Shown one piece after another: positions 55,681 through 64,000 of a DNA stretch of 64,000 bases. How positions within the stretch are numbered: the first letter of the stretch is position 1; the number at the start of each line of letters is the position of its first letter. The notes beneath the pieces were generated by a model. It worked only from the letters and a program-made list of their open reading frames with translations, did not search any database and was not told where the DNA came from. Origin of the DNA: an uncultured Solirubrobacterales bacterium. GTDB taxonomy: Bacteria > Actinomycetota > Thermoleophilia > Solirubrobacterales > Solirubrobacteraceae. Location of the stretch: positions 2,065,814 to 2,129,813 of the forward strand of contig OY970202.1 of NCBI GenBank assembly GCA_963708375.1. The letters run 5' to 3'. Position numbers and translations under genes: made by a program.

Positions 55681-56841
55681 TCAGGCCAGCGCACCCGCCA
55701 GCAGGCGTTCGAGCTGGTCGGTCGCGCGCGGTATCGAGAACAGCCGCTCGACGGCCTCCCGGCCCCTTCCGGCAAGCTCTTGCCGCAGCTCGGGCGACTC
55801 GCGCAACGTGTACAGATGGGCGGCCAGCGCCCGGCTGTCTCCCTCGGCGAACACGAGCCCGCCGCCAGTCAGGCCGATCAGCCACGGGATCTCGCCCGAG
55901 TCCGAGCCGACGACCGGCACGCCGCACCACAGCGCCTCGACGATCACGCGTCCGAACTGCTCCTTCCAGGTGGTGGTTGTGCGCGAGGGGAGCGCCAGAA
56001 CGTCTATCTGGGCGTAGCCTTCGGCCATACGCTCGTGTGAGAGTCCACTGAGGACGCGTACGCGCGAACCCGGGATCGCCTGCGACTCCAACTGGGGGCG
56101 CAGCTCACCGTCGCCGATCAGCAGAAGCTCGACCGGCGCGTCGAGCTGGCGGACGGCGGCAAGCAGGTCGATCAAGCCCTTGCTTTCCACCAGGCGGCCG
56201 GCGTAGCCGACCGTAAAGGGGCGCCGATGGTCTTCGGGGTGTCGATCGCCTTCCTCGCGCGGAGCGTCTGGAGCATCCTCGTGGAGATCCCAACCCCAGG
56301 AAGGAACCGCCGGCGGCGCAAACCCAATCTCACCTTGCGCCCCCCAAGATCGCACCAAGCGCCTCGCGCTGTCAGAGCGTGCGGCCACGAACGCCGCTTG
56401 GCGCAGCACTTTGGTTCGCAGTAGTCGCACGGGCGCAGGCAGCGAGCGGTCTATGTTCTCGTAGCACTGCACGCCGAAGGGCACGTCGAGCCGTCGCAGT
56501 GCAGAGGCCCATTGTGTGGCCGCAAGCGAGTAGGGCTCTGCCTCGAGGAAGGCGACGTCGGGTTTCACCCGGGCGCCAAGCGCGCGGCACCGAGTCAGGT
56601 AGACGTGCCGCTGGGGCCGTCCCCTCAGGGCTACTCGCGTCGGTCGCAGCGACTGCTCCATGCCCTCCAAGGCCTGAGGCATCATCGTCTGACCCGAGTA
56701 CTCCGAGCGCCAGCGCGAGGGCAGCACGATCGTCACACTCCAACCTCGGCGCTGAAGCTCGCGATAGACCTCCTGGTTGACGGCGACCACGGCCGGGTGG
56801 CTGACGACCAAAAGTCGGCCGATCACGCTCGATGCCTGCAC
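55681..56841 (-). CDS. GT4 glycosyltransferase
   Basis: YAGRLVESKG and WKEQFGRVIVEALWCG. Confidence 0.9.
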   Translation of the reverse strand: MQASSVIGRLLVVSHPAVVAVNQEVYRELQRRGWSVTIVLPSRWRSEYSGQTMMPQALEGMEQSLRPTRVALRGRPQRHVYLTRCRALGARVKPDVAFLEAEPYSLAATQWASALRRLDVPFGVQCYENIDRSLPAPVRLLRTKVLRQAAFVAARSDSARRLVRSWGAQGEIGFAPPAVPSWGWDLHEDAPDAPREEGDRHPEDHRRPFTVGYAGRLVESKGLIDLLAAVRQLDAPVELLLIGDGELRPQLESQAIPGSRVRVLSGLSHERMAEGYAQIDVLALPSRTTTTWKEQFGRVIVEALWCGVPVVGSDSGEIPWLIGLTGGGLVFAEGDSRALAAHLYTLRESPELRQELAGRGREAVERLFSIPRATDQLERLLAGALA

Positions 56842-56880
56842 GCGCGCATCCTGTCACACGCCCCAGAAAGCTATACAAAC

Positions 56881-56896
56881 TTTACACGAGCTTCAC
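56881..56896 (+). promoter_or_regulatory. PHO-box-like repeat in the divergent GT/wzc promoter
   Basis: TTTACacgagcTTCAC (11-bp period); GTCAC at 56853. Confidence 0.5.
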
Positions 56897-57013
56897 ATTC
56901 CTGGGTGCTCGATGTTTGATTCTATGCCGCTCCGGACGTTTGCGTGGCGGCATTTTGGGCCTGAAGAATGTCAGCGCGATCACGCTCCATCGAACGTACA
57001 TGGACGGTAATCG

Positions 57014-58684
57014 ATGAACGAGACAACTGACATCGCCACGATGCTCGCGCCCGTGTGGAGGCGCAAGTGGCTGATCCTCGCGGTTGCGATCGTGGTCGCA
57101 GCCGTCACATATGTCTACTACCACCGTCAGACGCACGTCTATTCGGCTACCACCCAGCTGGACCTGAGCAACGGTTCTGAAGCCCAGCAGCTGGCGGGCG
57201 GGCCTCAAGCCAAGACCAACCTCAACACCCGCGCCCTCGCCGACGCCGCGACGCTGATCACATCCAGCAGCGTCACCGAAGCCGTCCGCGCGCACTTGGC
57301 CAGCGAACACATCCGCTCCAAGAGCATCGGAAAAGTGCGCGCCAAGGCCGCCGGGGAAAGCTACATCGTCACGATCACGGCCGAAGCACACAGCTCGAAG
57401 GCGGCCGCTCGGCTGGCCAACTATTACGCGCTTGCCTACATCGCGCGTCAGCACGCCAGGTACAGGAGCGAGGTCGAAGCGGCGATCGCCAACACACGCA
57501 GGCAACTGCGCCGGATCGAAGCCGGTCAAGCCGCGTCGCTGAATGCGGCAAGGCAGTCGAGTTCGGCCAAAGGCAAGAGCAAGAGTTCCACTCCCTCCAA
57601 GGCCGCAACGCTCGGTGGCTCCGCGGTGATCGAGACCGCGAGCCTGGCGAGCAAGATCAACCAGCTCGAGTCTGAGCTCTCGATATCGAGCGTCCAGCAG
57701 GTGAACCCCGCAAAGCCGAGCAGCGCTCAGCTCGTCGCGCCGACGCCGGGCAAGAACGCGATCTTCGGGTTCGTCCTGGGGCTGCTCGCGGCCGGGATAG
57801 CGGTGTTTGCCCTAAGTCGCTTCGATCGCAGGATCGGCTCGCTGGCCCAGGTCGAAGCGATCTTCAAAGCCCGCATCCTCACGCTTCTGCCAAGGGAGAC
57901 CGCGCCGATATCCACCGAGGACGGACAGCCGAGGCCCGCCGAGTCGTTGTTGGAGCCTCTGCGCAGGCTGCATACGGCGATTCACATGGGCGACATGCTC
58001 GAGCCCGCGACTGGCTCCCCGCGCCTGATCCTGTTCCTGAGCGCCGACAGTGGAGACGGCAAGTCGACGCTGGTGGCCGACTTGGCGCTGACCCAGCGCG
58101 ACGCGGGCGCTCGCGTGGCCGTGATCGAGGCGGATCTGCGCAGGCCGGTGCAGGCCGGGCTGCTCGGCGTCAGCGATTCGCTTGGGCTCGCCGAGGTGCT
58201 TGGCGGCGCGGCGCCGTTCGATCGGGCGGTGCAGAGCGTGGGCGTGGCTTCGCGCGCTCACGTCGAGCTCTCGCGTGAGGGAGCCGGCGTCTCGACGCTG
58301 GTGCAGGCGCCGGCAACCGGCTCGCTGTCGGTGCTCGTGAGTGGCGGGCCGGTTGCCAATCCGCCGGCGCTCTTGGCCGGCGAGGGCATGCGCGAGCTGC
58401 TCAGCAACGCCACCTCCGACTACGACTACGTGCTCGTCGACGCGCCTCCGCCCCAGCAGGTGAGCGACGCCATGCCGCTCCTGCATTGGGTCGATGGGAT
58501 CGTGATCGTGACTCGCATGGGCCACACCCACCAAGCCTCCGCTGCCCAGCTGGCGCGACTGCTGGCCGTGTCCTCGACCGCGCCCGTGCTTGGGGTCGTC
58601 GTCAACGCCGTTCCCAATGGCGAGATCAAGCGCAGCGGCCTGGCCTCGTCCTACGGTGAGCGGCCTCAGTCTCACGGCAGGTAG
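57014..58684 (+). CDS. Polysaccharide co-polymerase / BY-kinase fusion (Wzc-like)
   Basis: Wzz-like N-terminus (WRRKWLI, two TMs); SADSGDGKST, IEADLRRP and VLVDAPP. Confidence 0.88.
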   Translation: MNETTDIATMLAPVWRRKWLILAVAIVVAAVTYVYYHRQTHVYSATTQLDLSNGSEAQQLAGGPQAKTNLNTRALADAATLITSSSVTEAVRAHLASEHIRSKSIGKVRAKAAGESYIVTITAEAHSSKAAARLANYYALAYIARQHARYRSEVEAAIANTRRQLRRIEAGQAASLNAARQSSSAKGKSKSSTPSKAATLGGSAVIETASLASKINQLESELSISSVQQVNPAKPSSAQLVAPTPGKNAIFGFVLGLLAAGIAVFALSRFDRRIGSLAQVEAIFKARILTLLPRETAPISTEDGQPRPAESLLEPLRRLHTAIHMGDMLEPATGSPRLILFLSADSGDGKSTLVADLALTQRDAGARVAVIEADLRRPVQAGLLGVSDSLGLAEVLGGAAPFDRAVQSVGVASRAHVELSREGAGVSTLVQAPATGSLSVLVSGGPVANPPALLAGEGMRELLSNATSDYDYVLVDAPPPQQVSDAMPLLHWVDGIVIVTRMGHTHQASAAQLARLLAVSSTAPVLGVVVNAVPNGEIKRSGLASSYGERPQSHGR

Positions 58685-58696
58685 AGGTCGGCTCAG

Positions 58697-60271
58697 ATGC
58701 GCTCTCCCAGCCCGATCGGTGGCGTGTCGGTGCTTGCCCCGAGCCGTCTCACCCGCGAGGTCGTGCTGTCGTGGGCGATGGTCTCGCTGGCCGCGCTCGT
58801 CGCGCTCTATGTTGCGCTGAGAGTCCCGCAGCCGAACCCGCTGCTGGCGCTCGCGCTGGTGCTCGGCGCGCTTGCGGTCGTCGCGCTGATGGTCATCCCT
58901 CGCCTGGAGGTGACGGTCACCGTGCTGGCGCTCTATCTTGGCCTGCTCGACGGTCCGGTCAAGCTGCTCAGTGCCAGCCAGGCGGCGTCGAGCGTTCGCG
59001 ATGTCCTGATCGCGGCGGTCACGATCGGTGCGCTGGTCCGTTTGATGGCAAGGCGCGAGCCCGTGCGACTGCCACCTCTATTTGGTTGGGTGCTCGTCTT
59101 CGTGCTACTCGTGGTTGCCGAGGCCTTCAATCCGAGCACCCACGGCACACTGAAGATCCTTGGCGGATTTCGCCAGCAACTCGAGTGGGTCCCGTTCTTC
59201 TTCTTCGGCTACGCGCTGATGCGCTCCAAGGAGCGGCTGCGCAAGATGTTTGTGATCCTTGGCGTGATCGCCTTGGCCAACGGCCTCGTCAGCGCCTACC
59301 AGACCAGGCTCACCCCGGCCCAGCTGGCAAGCTGGGGACCGGGCTATGCAGAACGCGTGAACGGCACAGAAACCCTGACCGCGCGCCGCTACATCGGCGG
59401 TGGCGGCGAAGCGCTTGTGCGCCCACTAGGCCTGGGCTCGGACAGTGGCTTTGGCGGTGGCGTCGGTGTGATCGCCCTGCCCGGCGTCCTCGCGTTGCTT
59501 GCGACCGGGACCGGGAGGCGACGATGGTTCGCGGTCCTGCTGTTGCTGGGGGCGATGTTGGCGGTGGCCACAGGGCTTGGGCGCCTGCAGGTGGTCGGCT
59601 CTGTGATCGCCATCGCGATGTTCGCGCTGCTCTCTCTCAGCGCGGGCGCGCGGGCCAGACGTCCGCTGGCGGCGCTCGGCGTGCTCTTGGCGCTGGCCGT
59701 TCCTTTCGGTCTCGTGCTCGTGGCCGCCGAGGGCAGCGGCGTCTTCTCGCGCTACACGAGCATCGCTCCCTCAAGCGTTGTGAGCACATCCGCCAGCTAC
59801 AAGGAACAAAGCCTCGGCCTGATCCCGCACTACCTCGCACACGCTCCCTTCGGATTCGGCCTGGCCACGGCCGGCCCGGCGACAACCTTTGGCGGCAAGG
59901 TCAAGGGCGAGCTTGAAGGGCACGGCGTTACCGCCGAGACGCAATACAACTATGTGGTAGACGAACTCGGTCTGCCAGGTTTGCTGCTGTTCCTCGGCCT
60001 GTTGTTGACGTTGGGCGTGCTGGTGGTGATGCGCCTGCCGCGCGTGCCCGACCCTGACGTCCGCATCGACCTGGCCGCGGTTTACGCGCCGATCTTCGCA
60101 CTGGCGCTGATGGGTCTGCGTGGCGCCTTCACCGACACCGCCGCCGGTGGACCGTACCTGTGGTTCGCGTTCGGGATCGCCGCCTACTGGCTTGCTGGGC
60201 CGCTACGGGCGGGCGCCCCCTCAAGAATTGGGATGGGTCGGGATGAGACGCCTGCGCCTGCCCTTTCCTAA
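58697..60271 (+). CDS. Wzy polymerase / O-antigen-ligase-like membrane protein
   Basis: About 12 TMs; large loop with PFGFGL...ETQYNYVVDELGLPG (ligase-like). Confidence 0.72.
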   Translation: MRSPSPIGGVSVLAPSRLTREVVLSWAMVSLAALVALYVALRVPQPNPLLALALVLGALAVVALMVIPRLEVTVTVLALYLGLLDGPVKLLSASQAASSVRDVLIAAVTIGALVRLMARREPVRLPPLFGWVLVFVLLVVAEAFNPSTHGTLKILGGFRQQLEWVPFFFFGYALMRSKERLRKMFVILGVIALANGLVSAYQTRLTPAQLASWGPGYAERVNGTETLTARRYIGGGGEALVRPLGLGSDSGFGGGVGVIALPGVLALLATGTGRRRWFAVLLLLGAMLAVATGLGRLQVVGSVIAIAMFALLSLSAGARARRPLAALGVLLALAVPFGLVLVAAEGSGVFSRYTSIAPSSVVSTSASYKEQSLGLIPHYLAHAPFGFGLATAGPATTFGGKVKGELEGHGVTAETQYNYVVDELGLPGLLLFLGLLLTLGVLVVMRLPRVPDPDVRIDLAAVYAPIFALALMGLRGAFTDTAAGGPYLWFAFGIAAYWLAGPLRAGAPSRIGMGRDETPAPALS

Positions 60272-62111
60272 GCGCCCGCCCTCGAGGACGCGCGCACGAT
60301 TGTTGTTGCTGCTCGGCGAGCGGCGTGGCCTGGTGTCGGCGCTCGCGCTCACATCGATCTGCGCGGGGTTCACCGAAGCGGTCACCCTCGGGCTGATCGC
60401 ACAGGTGGCGGCGGCGCTTGTGAACGGGACAAAACATATGCACCTCGACGCTGGTCCCGTCCACGTGGTTGCCGGAGTCGGGACCTTGATCGTGGTCGCC
60501 TTCGGGTTCACCCTGCTGCGTCTCGCCTTGCAGTTTCCGATCTCGATCCTGCCGGCGCGTATCGCCTCCGACGTGCAGTCTCAGCTGCGCCAGCGGCTCT
60601 TTCACGCTTTCACCCGCGCCTCCTGGGCCGTGCAATCGCAGGATCGCGAGGGCCAGTTGCAGGAGACGATGACAAGTCAGGTGATGCAGGCCACCTCAGG
60701 CTCACTGCAAGCGACCACGCTGATAACTGCGCTCTTCACCTTCCTCGTGCTGATGATCGCGGCGCTCGCGCTGAACGCGGAGGCGGCCGGCATCGTGTTG
60801 AGCGTTTCGCTGCTGCTGATCGCGCTGTTGCGGCCTTTGCGGGCGATCGGGGTGAGGCGCGCACGAGCTCTCTCCCAAGCTCAAATGCGATACGCAGGTG
60901 GCATCAGCGAGGCGATTCGTCTAGCCGAGGAGACTCAGGTGTTCGGCGTGGCCGGCGCGCAGCGCGAGCGGATCGACGGCTACGTGGCTGACTCCCGGCG
61001 CCTGTTCCTGCTGACGCAGCTGCTTGCGAGGCTGATACCAAACCTGTTTCAGAGCTTGATCTACGTGCTGTTCGTCGTGGGTATGTTCGGGATCTATCTC
61101 TCGGGCGCCGGGCACGCCGGCGCGCTCGGCGCTGTCTTCCTGCTGCTCGTGCGTGCCGCCCAGTACGGACAGCAATCCCAAGCCAGCTACCAGGGACTCT
61201 CCCAGTCGCTGCCCTTCATCGACCGCACCGAGGACACGGCTCTGCGCTACATCCGAAGCGCACCCCCGGCGGGTCGTATCAAACTCGAGCAGGTACGCAC
61301 GTTGGCCTTCGACGGCGTCGGCTATGCCTACAAACCCGAGCGAGCGACCCTGTCTGACATCAGCTTCCAGGTGGACAGGGGCGAGGCGATCGGCATCGTC
61401 GGACCTTCCGGGGCGGGCAAGTCCACGCTCGTGCAGATCCTGCTGCGCCTGCGAACCCCCGGCAACGGACGCTATATGGTCAACGACCTCTCGGCGGAGT
61501 TGCTCGCCCGCGAGGATTGGCAGCGACTGGTCGCCTATGTGCCGCAGGACCCGCGGCTGATCCATGCGTCGGTCGCCGAGAACATCCGTTATTTCCGAGA
61601 CCTCGACGACGACGCGGTGCAACGGGCCGCCCGCTTGGCTCGCATCCACGACGACATCGTCGGCTGGGCAGACGGGTACAACACGATCGTCGGGCCGCGC
61701 GCGGATGCCGTCTCGGGCGGCCAGCAGCAGCGGATCTGCCTCGCCCGCGCCCTTGCGGCGCGGCCTGAGGTGCTCGTCCTCGACGAGCCGACCAGCGCGC
61801 TCGATCCCCACTCGGAGATCTTCATCCAGGAATCCCTGCGTGCCTTGAAGCATGAGCTGACGCTGTTCATCGTCGCCCACCGCATGTCCACGCTCGACAT
61901 GTGCGATCGGGTGATGGTCATACTCGACGGTCGCCTGGCGGCGTTTGACACGCGCGCGATGTTGCAGGCAGAGAACGCCTACTACCACTCGGCCACCATG
62001 ATCGCCGCCGGGAGCGGGGGTGGGGCCGGGGCTGCGATCGGGGGCGGGGCTGGGGTCGCGGCGGAGGCTGGAGCCGGCGTTGGGGCCGGAGCGGGGGACG
62101 TGCGGCTATGA
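60243..62111 (+). CDS. ABC exporter, fused TMD-NBD (PglK/Wzk-like glycan flippase)
   Basis: TMD plus [26 protein letters not shown] and VAHR; located in the glycan cluster. Confidence 0.85.
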   Translation: MRRLRLPFPKRPPSRTRARLLLLLGERRGLVSALALTSICAGFTEAVTLGLIAQVAAALVNGTKHMHLDAGPVHVVAGVGTLIVVAFGFTLLRLALQFPISILPARIASDVQSQLRQRLFHAFTRASWAVQSQDREGQLQETMTSQVMQATSGSLQATTLITALFTFLVLMIAALALNAEAAGIVLSVSLLLIALLRPLRAIGVRRARALSQAQMRYAGGISEAIRLAEETQVFGVAGAQRERIDGYVADSRRLFLLTQLLARLIPNLFQSLIYVLFVVGMFGIYLSGAGHAGALGAVFLLLVRAAQYGQQSQASYQGLSQSLPFIDRTEDTALRYIRSAPPAGRIKLEQVRTLAFDGVGYAYKPERATLSDISFQVDRGEAIGIVGPSGAGKSTLVQILLRLRTPGNGRYMVNDLSAELLAREDWQRLVAYVPQDPRLIHASVAENIRYFRDLDDDAVQRAARLARIHDDIVGWADGYNTIVGPRADAVSGGQQQRICLARALAARPEVLVLDEPTSALDPHSEIFIQESLRALKHELTLFIVAHRMSTLDMCDRVMVILDGRLAAFDTRAMLQAENAYYHSATMIAAGSGGGAGAAIGGGAGVAAEAGAGVGAGAGDVRL

Positions 62112-63112
62112 CACTTGTTCGCGACGGCGAAGCTTCGCGGGCCGCGCCGAGCGAGCGCGCCACGACGGAGCGGCTGCCCGACTTCTTCATCGTCGGTCAG
62201 CTCAAGAGCGGCACGACGGCCCTGTATGAGATGCTCGGCCAGCATCCCCAGATCTTCATGCCCGACCGCAAGGAGCCGCGCTTTTTTGCCGAGGAGATGT
62301 ATCACCGCGACCCGCCACGGCCTGGCGGAACGCCACAAACACTTGAGGAGTATCTCCAGTGGTTTGCGGCCGCGCGCTCCGACCAGCTGATCGCCGACGC
62401 CTCGCCCAGCTACCTGTGGTCTCGCACGGCGGCTGAGCGCATCGCCGAGCTCAAGCCCAGTGTCCGCATCGTTGCCGTGGTGCGCGAGCCGGCGAGCATG
62501 GTGCGCTCACTCCACCTCGAGCTGGTGCAGCTCTACGTGGAGACCGAGACCGACCTGGGCCGTGCGATCTCCCTGGAAGGGTCGAGGCGCGAAGGTCGGC
62601 ATCTCTCGCGCCACACCTACTGGCCGAAGATGCTCCAGTACGCGGAGTTCACGCGCTACGTCGAACAGCTTGAGCGCTACTACGAGGTATTCCCGGCCGA
62701 GCAGATCCTGGTGCTCGTCTACGACGACTTCAGACGCGACAACCAGGCGACGCTGCGCCGGGTGTTGCGGTTCCTCGACTTGGACGACAGCGTCGCGCTG
62801 GCCCAGACCGAGGCCAACCCGACTGTGAGGGTGCGCTCGCCGCGCGTGCACGAGCTGGTGCACGCCGTGTCGGTCGGCCACGGGCCGGCGTCACGCGCCG
62901 TGAAGAGGACGATCAAGGCGCTGACGCCCCAGCCGCTGCGACAGCGGGCTCTGTATGCGACCCAAAAACGCATTGTCTTCGATCGGCCCGAGCCGCCGGA
63001 CGAGCAGCTGATGGCGCAGTTGCGGCGTCGATACAAGCCCGAGGTGGTGGCGCTTGGCGAGTACCTGGATCGCGACCTGGTGTCGCTGTGGGGCTATGAC
63101 AAGCTCGATTGA
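62108..63112 (+). CDS. PAPS-dependent sulfotransferase
   Basis: PDFFIVGQLKSGTTAL (5'-PSB), KEPRFF, ASPSYL and VVREP..MVRS (3'-PB). Confidence 0.9.
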   Translation: MTLVRDGEASRAAPSERATTERLPDFFIVGQLKSGTTALYEMLGQHPQIFMPDRKEPRFFAEEMYHRDPPRPGGTPQTLEEYLQWFAAARSDQLIADASPSYLWSRTAAERIAELKPSVRIVAVVREPASMVRSLHLELVQLYVETETDLGRAISLEGSRREGRHLSRHTYWPKMLQYAEFTRYVEQLERYYEVFPAEQILVLVYDDFRRDNQATLRRVLRFLDLDDSVALAQTEANPTVRVRSPRVHELVHAVSVGHGPASRAVKRTIKALTPQPLRQRALYATQKRIVFDRPEPPDEQLMAQLRRRYKPEVVALGEYLDRDLVSLWGYDKLD

Positions 63113-64000
63113 AACGCTGGCGCAAGCCGCCGTCGGAAGTGGGGCCGAGCCGGCCAAGCAACGGGGTGCCGAGCTGCCCGCGGGCCGGGCGCCCGACTTC
63201 TTCATCGTCGGTCATTTCAAGTGCGGGACGACGGCGCTCTACGAAATGCTGAAGGGTCACCCGCAGGTCTTCATGCCCGAGACCAAGGAGCTGTGGTTTT
63301 TCTCGCCCGAGTTGCGCTCGCGCGATCGTAAGCCGAGCAGCCTGCGGCCGGAGACCCTGGAGGAGTACCTGGCGCTGTTCGCGGCGGCGGCGCCCGGGCA
63401 ACGCGCCGGCGAGGCCTCGCCCTCATACCTGATGTCTCACGCCGCCGCCGAGCGCATCGCCGAAGTGCGGCCCGACGCGCGCATCGTCGCCATCCTGCGA
63501 GAGCCGGCTGCCTTCCTGCGTTCTTTTCACCTGCAATGCGTGCGCAACCACGTCGAGACCGAGACCGACCTGCGCAAGGCCCTCTCGCTCGAGCAGGCCA
63601 GGCGCGAAGGGCGCGAGATCCCACGCTTCTGCGCTCGTCCGCACGAGCTCCTCTACTCCGATCACGTTCGCTACACCGAGCAACTGGAGCGCTACCGCGC
63701 CGTCTTTCCCGAGAAGCAGATCCTGGTGCTCATATACGAGGACTTCCGTCGCGAAAACGAGGCGACGGTGCGCAAGGTGCAGCGCTTCCTGGAGGTGGAT
63801 GACGGTCTGCCGCTCGGAGCGCTGGAGGCGAATCGCTCGGTGCGAGTGCGCTCCCAGCGGCTGCACGAGTTGACCCAGAGCCTCTCGCTCGGGCGAGGGC
63901 CGCTCTCGCGCGGCGCCAAGGCGGCGATCAAGTCGGTCACGCCCAGAGGGCTGCGCCGCCGTGCGCTCACGGCCACAAGAGAGCGCTTGGTATACGCCGA
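63096..64000 (+). CDS. Second sulfotransferase paralog (3' truncated; absent from the ORF track)
   Basis: ATG 63096 in frame with APDFFIVGHFKCGTTALYEML...KELWFF...GEASPSYL...ILREPAAFLRS; runs off the window. Confidence 0.88.
   Translation, partial: MTSSIETLAQAAVGSGAEPAKQRGAELPAGRAPDFFIVGHFKCGTTALYEMLKGHPQVFMPETKELWFFSPELRSRDRKPSSLRPETLEEYLALFAAAAPGQRAGEASPSYLMSHAAAERIAEVRPDARIVAILREPAAFLRSFHLQCVRNHVETETDLRKALSLEQARREGREIPRFCARPHELLYSDHVRYTEQLERYRAVFPEKQILVLIYEDFRRENEATVRKVQRFLEVDDGLPLGALEANRSVRVRSQRLHELTQSLSLGRGPLSRGAKAAIKSVTPRGLRRRALTATRERLVYA

Noticed and set aside
62008-62100. G-run-rich repeat at the ABC exporter 3' end as a separate element
   Set aside because: Explained as a degenerate Gly/Ala low-complexity coding tail. 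No inverted repeats or target duplication.
1-64000. tRNA, rRNA, IS transposase or prophage genes
   Set aside because: None recognised by eye. A covariance-model search would be needed to exclude small RNAs in the 45549-45830, 47349-47622 and 52065-52329 gaps.

Overview
High-GC actinobacterial DNA, most likely Thermoleophilia/Solirubrobacterales. This is an inference from TANNNT-N6-8-ATG leaderless starts, a PSPAM-type signal peptide and the style of the secreted proteins. From left to right: the end of an ABC-2 permease; a complete group II intron (RT/maturase) sitting exactly in the start codon of a small membrane-protein gene; a Zn-type ABC operon with Fur/Zur; an MMPL transporter, a PQQ-propeller lipoprotein and bcp. 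A large phosphate-starvation region follows: ppk1, sixA, an OmpR-family regulator, phoU, pstSCAB copy 1, a receiver-less OmpR DNA-binding protein, DUF47, and pstSCAB copy 2 plus a lipoprotein. Divergent from pstS2 is a tightly coupled operon of an unusual FtsH paralog and five large exported proteins. Next come a PKD surface protein, a third Cys-rich orphan PstS-like protein, and a polysaccharide cluster (priming transferase, 2 methyltransferases, 4 GT4s, Wzc, Wzy/ligase, ABC flippase, 2 sulfotransferases). Direct repeats of (G/T)TCAC-like units with an 11-bp period (PHO-box-like) recur upstream of most units from about 17.6 to 57 kb. The best candidate for an undescribed system is therefore a Pho-controlled cell-surface remodelling module: FtsH paralog, exported propeller/pseudo-phosphatase complex, extracellular PstS and a sulfated glycan. 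All calls are by eye from motifs; no database searches were run.
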